From Octopus sinensis (taxonomy: Eukaryota), in assembly GCF_006345805.1 (NCBI RefSeq), contig NW_021829065.1:1-7034 (forward strand): DNA of 7,034 nucleotides, written 5' to 3'. Below, one piece after another: positions 1 to 6,644 of the stretch. How positions within the stretch are numbered: position 1 is the first letter of the stretch; each line of letters starts with the position of its first letter. The notes beneath the pieces were generated by a model. It was not told the origin of the DNA and did no database searches. It saw only the letters and a list, made by a program, of their open reading frames with translations. The position numbers and the translations under genes were made by a program.

Positions 1-93
1 TTCCTCTCAAAGTGATGAAAATATATTTATGTTTGAACTCTCTCTCTGTCTCTTTCTGTCTCTTTGTCTCTCTCGTTTATTAGGATAAACTCT

Positions 94-172
<79 letters not shown>

Positions 173-177
173 GTCTG

Positions 178-234
<57 letters not shown>

Positions 235-345
235 TTATCTATCATTCTATCTATCTATCTATTTATCTATCTATCTATCAATCTACCTATCTATCTTTCT
301 TTCTGTCTGTCTGTCTGTGCTTCTGTGTGTCTGCCTGTCTGCTTA
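94..345. repeat. (TATC)n tetranucleotide microsatellite grading into (TCTG)n
   Basis: Long, nearly pure TATC array at 94-295, then TCTG/TGTC variants to ~345. It produces the spurious [11 protein letters not shown] 64..354. Confidence 0.98.
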
Positions 346-424
346 TTTCTCTGAATGTGTGTGTATGTATCAATTCTCTATCTGTATGTATATGTATGTA
401 CACATACACACGCACTCAGTTCAA

Positions 425-623
425 TATATGACCGCATGTGTATCGTTGGCGATTTTCTTTCTCTGTCTTCCCTTGCTTGGACCTTTCGTTTTTCTTTGTT
501 TCTGACGAAGAGCTCCGCTCGAAACGTTAAATCCTCTTTCTTTCTTTCTTTTCCTGAGCATCCAATAACACTATACTTGTTCCACGTCTTCGCGTTGTGT
601 TTTCTCCTTGTTCATGTTTGGAG

Positions 624-627
<4 letters not shown>
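425..627 (+). mobile_element. 3' terminal fragment (pLTR-like) of a Penelope-like retroelement, family A
   Basis: Contains a PLE-type minimal hammerhead (CTGACGA-A-GAGC-TCC-GCTC-GAAAC-GTT), followed by a pyrimidine/GT-rich ~95 nt tail ending exactly at a (TA)n array. The association of minimal hammerheads with PLE terminal repeats is established. The left boundary is approximate. Confidence 0.65.
498..532 (+). ncRNA. Minimal type-I hammerhead ribozyme (PLE-associated, likely dimer-active)
   Basis: Core CUGACGA at 502-508, extra A509, stem II GAGC(510-513)/GCUC(517-520) with UCC loop, GAAAC at 521-525. The self-complementary ACGU (524-527) takes the place of stem III. Predicted GUU cleavage after 528. 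Stem I is GUUU(498-501)/AAAU(529-532). Confidence 0.75.
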
Positions 628-668
<41 letters not shown>

Positions 669-681
669 GAGAGAGAGAGAG
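628..681. repeat. Compound (TA)n-(AG)n microsatellite
   Basis: TA run at 628-661 directly joined to an AG run at 661-681. Confidence 0.97.
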
Positions 682-699
682 GTTGAGTGAGAGTGACAA

Positions 700-770
<71 letters not shown>

Positions 771-792
771 TATAGATAGTTAGATAGATAGA
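700..792. repeat. (AGAT)n microsatellite, reverse complement of the 94-295 array
   Basis: Nearly pure TAGA array; source of the spurious minus-strand ORF 571..804. Confidence 0.98.
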
Positions 793-1010
793 CGTATGTT
801 TCAAAATATTGAAAATTTCATTTCCTCTTGTGTAAAGATGTCAATTTGGTCGACGTTCTCTTTGACAATTATTGTCTCCGCCTCTGCCCTTTTTATACAC
901 ACGTATAAAAGTCACAAGTTGTTTTAAACTTTCTCTTAGAACTTCATTAAGCTTTTGAAGACATCAAAGAAACATCTTAGGCACGTTTGTTATATGTATA
1001 TAGAAGTGTA

Positions 1011-1043
1011 TGCGTGCGTGTGTGTGTGAGTGAGTGTGTGTGT
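1011..1043. repeat. Imperfect (GT)n microsatellite
   Basis: TGCGTGCGTGTGTGTGTGAGTGAGTGTGTGTGT. Confidence 0.9.
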
Positions 1044-1169
1044 ATTGTTAGATATATTTTTGTTCTATACGATAATTGCCATTATTTTTTTGTTATTTGT
1101 TAAACTTTTATTTTTATTATTATATTATGACTAGAAAACATCAAATTCATTGCATCATTAATTTCATAT

Positions 1170-1219
1170 CCGCCATTTTCTTTTCTTTACTGCGTCGCTC
1201 AAATTCATGACTTCCGGTG
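1170..1219. promoter_or_regulatory. Candidate promoter elements: YY1-like CCGCCATTTT plus ETS-like ACTTCCGGTG
   Basis: CCGCCATTTT at 1170-1179 and ACTTCCGGTG at 1210-1219 (reverse complement CACCGGAAGT), in a locally CpG-rich patch (~1170-1335) within AT-rich DNA. Motif match only. Confidence 0.3.
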
Positions 1220-1698
1220 CCTAAGATTTGTATCACGCTGCGTTGAAGAAAAGCTAATTTGGCCATTTAAAATCCTGCGGTGCTTCTTTTTGTCTAATAG
1301 CGCTAAGTGGAATAAACGTGTTTGACCGCATGCCGTGTTTCTGACAGATTCTCTAATATATTTTCAGTGATTTCAAAAACAAAGATTTTAGTATGCACAA
1401 TAACCTCATCAGTGGTGGAGACAAACATCTCCTGACTGAAGGAAGTCTATAGTCAGAATAAATTACTAAAGCCGCGTTGTTAGTGCTTCTAGAGTCGAAT
1501 TTAAAGGATTGACTTTCAAAGAACTGTGGGGGGGTGGTTACAATTTACCGAATGAATTTGTATCAGTCTTGATGTGAGCTAGATTAAACATGTCCATAGA
1601 ATGATTAATCGTATGAATATCTACCTGCTATTTATGTAAGAGAAATCAATGGCCTGTGTGTATGTATCTAATCGAACTACACTCTAATATATCTACAG

Positions 1699-1822
1699 CT
1701 TTGGTACTTCAAGTCTCGGCTATTACAATCATCATCTCGTATATGTTCCAGACAGCTGCTCATACGATACGTCATCTCCCCAACACTCTGAACAGACGAT
1801 TTCTCCGTCATACAACGCGTGA
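1699..1822 (+). other. Possible terminal coding exon (FGTSSLGYYNHHLVYVPDSCSYDTSSPQHSEQTISPSYNA*)
   Basis: Acceptor-like CTCTAATATATCTACAG ending at 1698, a 40-codon open frame to TGA at 1820-1822, higher GC than the flanks, and S/P/Y/H-rich composition. No homology recognised. Confidence 0.2.
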
Positions 1823-2277
1823 GGGCGAAGTGAGGCTAACTTAACGTGGTTATTTGACCAGCTGAGAGCAGCAACAACGCCTGCCTCAAACCAACTTTCT
1901 ATTGTGTAGCAATACAAAAATGCATAACGTATATTTATTTAGATTTAAATATATTTATTTTATACCGCAGCTGGTGAATAGTAGACGTCTATTTTTCTTT
2001 CAGCGTAAACCTAACATAACCTGTTTGTTTGTATTTTAACTCATTTTCATGTTTTTTGTTTTGTTATACTCACAAACACACACATATACAAACACTCACA
2101 CACATAAACACACATACACACATGCATAGTCACGTATTTCTGAATGTATGTATTCTGAGAATAGGAGCTATATTTCCTCAAATAACAGAGGACATTTTGT
2201 TCGAGCAAAGCCCTTTACGCTATAATTCAATCTCTCTAAAAGCACCAGCTGGATGTATATAAATTGTAGCCTATAAT

Positions 2278-2480
2278 CTCAAATTTAGCCCAAGGCCCGC
2301 AATTTTGGAGGAAAATGTAAGTTGATTGTATCGACCCGCCCCCCCCCCCCGCCGTGCATGACCGGTACTTATTTTATTGGGCTCAAATGGTTGAAAGGCT
2401 AAGATGGGTTCGGCGGAATTTGAACGGAGAATGCTACAACCCATCTAGCCCGGCATCCCATAAATTTATTCAGCCCGCCT
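2278..2480 (-). mobile_element. tRNA-derived SINE, diverged copy 1
   Basis: Aligns by eye to copy 2: caaatttagcccaaggcc/caaatttggcacaaggcc, atcgaccc, ttattttat, cggcggaatttgaac/cggtgaaatttgaat, cccggc/tccggc. Intact Pol III B-box GTTCAAATTCC on the minus strand (2415-2425), decayed A-box, and a poly-C expansion at 2335-2350. Confidence 0.7.
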
Positions 2481-2499
2481 CCCTATTTCAGCCAATAAT

Positions 2500-2703
2500 A
2501 TTGGTTTCAAATTTGGCACAAGGCCAGTAATTTCAAGGGAGCGGGTAAGTAGAATTCATCGACCCCAGTGCTCAAATGGAAATTATTTTATCGACCCCGA
2601 AAGGATGTAAAGCAAAATCGACCTCGGTGAAATTTGAATTGAAAACGTGAATGTCTCTAAGTATTTTGTCCGGCGTGCTCACCATTCTGCCAACTCGCTG
2701 CCC
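2500..2703 (-). mobile_element. tRNA-derived SINE, copy 2 (resembles the abundant octopus tRNA-SINEs)
   Basis: The minus strand starts GGGCAGCGAGTTGGCAGAATGGTGAGCACGCCGG, with A-box TGGCAGAATGG (2682-2692) and a decayed B-box ATTCAAATTTC. Central block CATCCTTTCGGGGTCGATAAAATA; 3' end TGTGCCAAATTTGAAACC plus an ATT-rich tail. Family assignment is from memory. Confidence 0.8.
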
Positions 2704-3177
2704 TTTCTTCCAGCCTATAATATCGAACGTTGGAATTATTGGATAATGTTACACGATATATTTTCGAAATGATGGAAGATTTTGCGCTGCAATGTGCTCG
2801 TTATATCGCTCAAAGTTGACATGGGGCTAAACAAAAATCTTAAAAATCTATAATAATAATAACAGCAACGATGGTGATGACGAAGAATATAAAAAAAAAT
2901 AACGAATATTTATGTACAACATTCTTAGAGTAACTTTTGACTTGAAGACGATTTGAAGAAGAAGAAAAAGTTACAGCTATTAACAGCAATATTAATGGAA
3001 AAATGAAGAAAACTGATAGCGTGATTGAATCACATGAGGAATTATAAAATATTTAACTGTACTTTATATGTCAAGTGATTTATCAAAATACATAATAAAT
3101 GTATAAATATTGCGGCATAGCGTTATTTCTTTTTCAATTTGCAGAGACATCTGTTTTAAATTATAAGAATCTGTATG

Positions 3178-3218
3178 AACACACAGACCACACACACACA
3201 CAGACACACACACACACA

Positions 3219-3272
<54 letters not shown>

Positions 3273-3310
3273 CACACACACACATACATACATATATATA
3301 TATATATACA
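3178..3310. repeat. Compound (AC)n/(AT)n microsatellite
   Basis: AC array to ~3258, then AT, AC/ATAC and AT blocks. Source of ORFs 3064..3285 and 3099..3332. Confidence 0.97.
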
Positions 3311-3438
3311 TCATTTAATGTACAGATTTTAAAGATAGCAGCTTCTATTAGTTTCTTGCTTTTAAGACATGTGTCTAGTAAGATTTATATAACTTGGTCC
3401 GTCTTCACATCAATAAAGCAATTAGCAGTCCTTATCCT

Positions 3439-3439
3439 T

Positions 3440-3492
<53 letters not shown>
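3439..3492. repeat. Compound (TA)n-(AG)n microsatellite
   Basis: TA run at 3439-3471, AG run at 3471-3492, abutting the palindrome. Confidence 0.97.
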
Positions 3493-3493
<1 letters not shown>

Positions 3494-3643
3494 ATGGTTG
3501 TATACTGTCAATCTAATACGAACGTGACAGTAGGGGGTACACCACTGCTGTTTAGCCCTAGGAAGCATCGATGCTTCCTAGGGCTAAACAGCAGTGGTGT
3601 ACCCCCCTACTGTCACGTTAGATTGACAGTATACAACCATTCT
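3491..3643. repeat. Spacer-less ~153 bp near-perfect palindrome (inverted repeat)
   Basis: Centre at GCATC|GATGC (3569/3570). Positions 3533-3606 form a perfect 74 bp palindrome. The outer arms pair to 3491/3643 with only a 1-nt bulge (extra C, 3607) and a 6-nt bulge (3515-3520). Confidence 0.97.
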
Positions 3644-3711
3644 ATCGCCCCACCACCGTACATGTCTCTACGAGAGATTTAGAAATTTAATATTTCTGAT
3701 ATATATATATA

Positions 3712-3840
3712 TATATATTATATAAAATCCGTTCTGTCCGTCTGTCTGTGTGTCTTCTAGGATCTCGGGCATCCTCCATCCGATTGCGCTCAAATTTGAT
3801 ATGATGATACCGACGGTATCAGGGACTGTATAATAATACC
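3712..3840 (+). mobile_element. 5' part of a non-autonomous Helitron/Helentron-like (DINE-1/Lep1-style) element
   Basis: Motif order TATATAAAA - (GTCY)n seed CTGTCCGTCTGTCTGT - GATCTCGG - CCGATT - AAATTTGATAT matches the usual layout of these elements, and there is an internal hairpin TGATACCG-A-CGGTATCA at 3805-3821. No 3' hairpin-CTRR end was found. Confidence 0.45.
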
Positions 3841-4047
3841 ACAAAATGAAATTATATTTAAGAGATCAAAAAATTAAGATGCAAAAGAGATATTTTCTTC
3901 AAACTTGGCATGAAGGAAGGAAAGACTATTTAGTTTCTCAAGAAGTTTTTCTTTTTGCATTAACGTAGTTTGACAAAACCAACAGTTTTATCGAAATAAA
4001 GGCATACTTAATTATTTTTTAATGAAAACAAAACACTGATTGCTTCT

Positions 4048-4051
<4 letters not shown>

Positions 4052-4086
<35 letters not shown>

Positions 4087-4100
4087 CACACACACATATA
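4052..4100. repeat. (TA)n/(CA)n microsatellite
   Basis: TA run from 4052 to ~4082, then short CA and TA blocks. Confidence 0.95.
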
Positions 4101-4169
4101 TAATAAAATGAATGGTTTACAACTGGTAGCTTACTGTTAAAGCACAGTCACTTACACAGTAATTGCTAA

Positions 4170-4351
4170 GTATATGGCAAATGGAAGTCGGACGATGGAA
4201 TGTACGAGAATTTAATAATCCCGACAATTGTTTCGACACATCTAGCATCGGTCCCTCTCTGCTGAGGCACTCAACAACTGATTCAGGAGGATCCAGTGGT
4301 ACAGATGTATCTTGTCAGGTGATAGACAGATACAACTCATTAAACACCAAT
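4170..4351 (-). repeat. Inverted copy of the PLE terminal repeat
   Basis: The reverse complement of 4219-4338 matches 5236-5355 at 98/120 positions without gaps (hand alignment; 16 transitions, 6 transversions). Both copies end at CATTTGC followed by TA-like sequence. Confidence 0.92.
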
Positions 4352-4494
4352 TACGACAACATTGCATTAGTAGAAATACTTATGATACGCATAACTTTGT
4401 AACAACGTCAGTAAATATTGGCGGGACTGCCTTATATACAATAAACCCTCATGCAAAAAAAAAATCAAAAGTCGTTAGATGAAACTCTGTATGA

Positions 4495-4850
4495 GTAACA
4501 TATCTTGTATATAAATATTCCGTGCACACAAAAGAAGGGTCGTATGTTTACATTGGGCAGACGGATGATTCATTTAAAATTGTAACCAGGTCACCAGCTT
4601 TAAGACAATCAATAAGAGACATTCAACGTCTTCGACCGATTTTGTTTGGCAACTGAAGGAGAACAAAATGAATTTGTCCATAGTAAGGCACGCGGAACCA
4701 TACAATATAATTTCCAGGAGATGCCGTCTCTACTCCGAGGAACCCCTGTCTATTCTGTGGACTAACGAGATCATTAACAGAATTTCTAAAAGACTCTTGA
4801 GATGTCCACACGCATTTAAATGTACTTTGGCACAATGCAATAGGAATTAA
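4495..4850 (+). pseudogene. Frameshifted GIY-YIG endonuclease domain of a Penelope-like retroelement
   Basis: Frame 1 reads YLVYKYSVHTKEGSYVYIGQTDDSFKI (LVY 4504-4512, YIG 4549-4557). After a shift at ~4580, frame 3 reads NQVTSFKTINKRHSTSSTDFVWQLKENKMNLSIVRHAEPYNIISRRCRLYSEEPLSIL...NRISKRLLRCPHAFKCTLAQCNRN* (stop 4848-4850). This parallels the PLE EN pattern YIG-T..FK.RY.NH..SF...ST.LS..IW.LK...W.I...A.PY.....C.LC..EK..I...LN.R.E....C.H. The catalytic Arg and one Cys are lost. Confidence 0.85.
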
Positions 4851-5219
4851 TTTTCAGTAACCGTTAACATAATTTAATTTACTCTAAGATATGGATGACT
4901 AAAGTTTACTTTTTACTTCCCCATTCTTACAAACACCAAGTAGAGAGTTTAACTCGTTTTGTGATCATGAGTGCACCAAACCTCATGTGTGCGTATGCTC
5001 ACATTTTTGCGGAGGCTTGTATGAGCGACTGTGCCATGCCTCTTGCTCTTATATATATCCATATTTGTTAGCGGAAATTCTTAAAACTTTTCTCTCTGTA
5101 TTGCGTGTTCGTTTCTCTTTTGTCCCCATCTGTGATTTTGTTTTTGATCTTCTATATAAACATAGCTATTTCTTCTGTTTGTCTGCTTTTCTTTCTACAA
5201 AACGAGAAGTTTCACTGTG

Positions 5220-5393
5220 GAACTGCTATTTTAACGAGTTGTATCTATTTATCATCCAGCGAGATACATCTGCACCACCGGATGCCCCTGAACCAGTTGT
5301 TGAGTGTCCCACCCAAGAGGAATCGATGCTAGATGTGGCGATACAATTGTCGTGACAGATTCTCGAATATTGCACTTTTCGTATTTCATTTGC
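5220..5393 (+). repeat. PLE 3' terminal repeat (direct copy)
   Basis: Homologous to the reverse complement of 4170-4351; lies downstream of the EN stop and abuts (TA)n at 5394. Confidence 0.88.
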
Positions 5394-5440
<47 letters not shown>

Positions 5441-5800
5441 ATATATCCTTATTTTGATCCTTCTTTCGTCCGATCTTTCCTTCTATTCTTTCTTCGTCCC
5501 ATCCTTTCTTACATCCTCACTTCTTTTCTTCTTCCTTCTTCCTTCCCTACTCTTCCTTCATTCTAGTCTCTTTCTATTTATCTATCTCTTTCGTTCCCAA
5601 CATCCCCTTCCCACCATCTCCACCACGCCGTCTCCCTTTCATTCATCTGAATTTTTTTTTTTTGCAATTTCCCACTAATTCCCAAATTCTTGCATTTCTT
5701 TCCGCTTTTTTCTTTTTATTTCTTCTTCCCTTTTGTTTCTTCATTCATTTAAACTTAATTATTTATTAATTTACCTTTAATTTCTTCTCACTTCACCTCC
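5394..5800. repeat. (TA)n-(TG)n-(TATG)n microsatellite followed by a long pyrimidine-rich low-complexity tract
   Basis: Compound array at 5394-5445, then CT/TTC-rich sequence with very few G. Confidence 0.9.
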
Positions 5801-6065
5801 TCCCGCTACCTGAACGCCTCTTACAACCTGACCAATTCCTACCGCATATCTCGTTCTCCTGGACGCGATATCTGCTGCAGAAGTGAGGAAATTCCGACAA
5901 TTCCCTAATTACATACATTTTCACAAAGCGTCAAACATTCATTTAATATTTCTCACTTGTTCACACCAGAATATTCTACTCTTTCGCGTTGCATTCTAGA
6001 GTTTCAAAATGATCAAAACAAAAAATATCAGATTGGCGAGTAATTATTGTATGGATATCGTTACG

Positions 6066-6560
6066 ATCATGATGATGGTGGTGGTGGTGGTGGTGGTGGT
6101 AGTGGTGGTGAGATGGTGCTGGTACTGGTGGTGATAACAGTGATAGCGGTGATGATGGTGGTGATGGTGATAGGGTGGTGGTGATAGTGTGAGGATAGTG
6201 GTTGTGGCGACGGTGTGATGGTGGTGGTGGTGGTGGTGAGATGGTACTGGTGCTGGTGGTGATAATAGTGATAGCGGCGATGATAGTGTTGGCGGTGGTA
6301 ACGGTGGTAATGACGGTGATGGTGGTGATGGTGGTAATGATGATGATGGTGGTAGTGACGATTGTGTTGTTGGTGGTGGTTATGGTGGTGATGCTAATGG
6401 TTATGGTGGTGATGATGGCGGTGATGGTAGTGACGATGGTGGTGGTGGTGGTGGTGGTGGTGGTGGTGGTGGCGATGATCGTGTGATGCTGGTGATGGTA
6501 GTGTTGGTGTTGCTTGTGGGTATGATGATGGTAGCCGTAGTGGTGGTTGTGGAGGAGGAC
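6066..6560. repeat. Degenerate (GGT/GAT)n trinucleotide low-complexity tract
   Basis: In-phase GGT/GAT/GAC triplets over ~500 nt, with pure (GGT)n at 6076-6100 and 6438-6472. It explains ORFs 5976..6590(-) and 6202..6486(+). Confidence 0.95.
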
Positions 6561-6644
6561 CATTTTCGCAAAAATTCTACGCTGTTTCACTAAATCTGCA
6601 ATCGAAGAAAATATTGATTTTTCTCGTAATATTTTTTCTTAATT

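Larger units (their letters stand above)
4170..5393 (+). mobile_element. Decayed 5'-truncated Penelope-like element (family B) with an inverted upstream terminal repeat
   Basis: Inverted terminal-repeat copy (4170-4351, minus), then GIY-YIG remnant (plus), ~370 nt 3' UTR, and a direct terminal repeat (5220-5393) ending at (TA)n. Inverted or partial-tandem pLTR arrangements are a known PLE feature. Confidence 0.75.

Noticed and set aside
64-804. ORFs 64..354, 317..505, 355..690 and 571..804
   Set aside because: Translations are SIYL/YI/RE repeats from microsatellites or read-through of the PLE tail; no coding signal.
864-910. Small hairpins GACAAT-T-ATTGTC and TTTTATAC-ACAC-GTATAAAA
   Set aside because: 6-8 bp AT-rich stems are expected by chance at this composition.
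1368-1412. CTGATGA on the minus strand (1406-1412) with a downstream GAAA
   Set aside because: No stem II can form between them, so it is not a hammerhead; there is no convincing C/D box pair either.
2500-2703. Possible tRNA gene at the A/B-box region
   Set aside because: No cloverleaf can be folded; the boxes belong to the SINE head and one box is decayed in each copy.
2824-2833. GGGCTAAACA shared with the palindrome arm (3581-3590)
   Set aside because: Only 10 nt, and similarity does not extend on either side.
3494-3682. 62 aa ORF across the palindrome
   Set aside because: A by-product of the palindrome; no splice or homology support.
4149-4155. Strong minus-strand donor GTAAGTG, plus ORF 4163..4402
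   Set aside because: The adjacent sequence is explained as the inverted PLE terminal repeat, and no matching acceptor was found.
4623-4835. Minus-strand ORF with IVWFRVPYYG, superficially like a PLE RT thumb motif
   Set aside because: It is antisense to a much longer and better-matching plus-strand GIY-YIG sequence, so the similarity is treated as coincidence.
4987-5678. ORFs 4987..5355, 5105..5332, 5304..5678 and 5333..5566
   Set aside because: They overlap the PLE 3' UTR, terminal repeat and pyrimidine or microsatellite tracts; F/L/S-rich artefacts.
5976-6590. 204 aa His/Thr/Pro-rich ORF (-) and 94 aa Val/Met-rich ORF (+)
   Set aside because: In-phase GGT/GAT triplet repeats are stop-poor in several frames. 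Both strands give homopolymer-like peptides with no domain.
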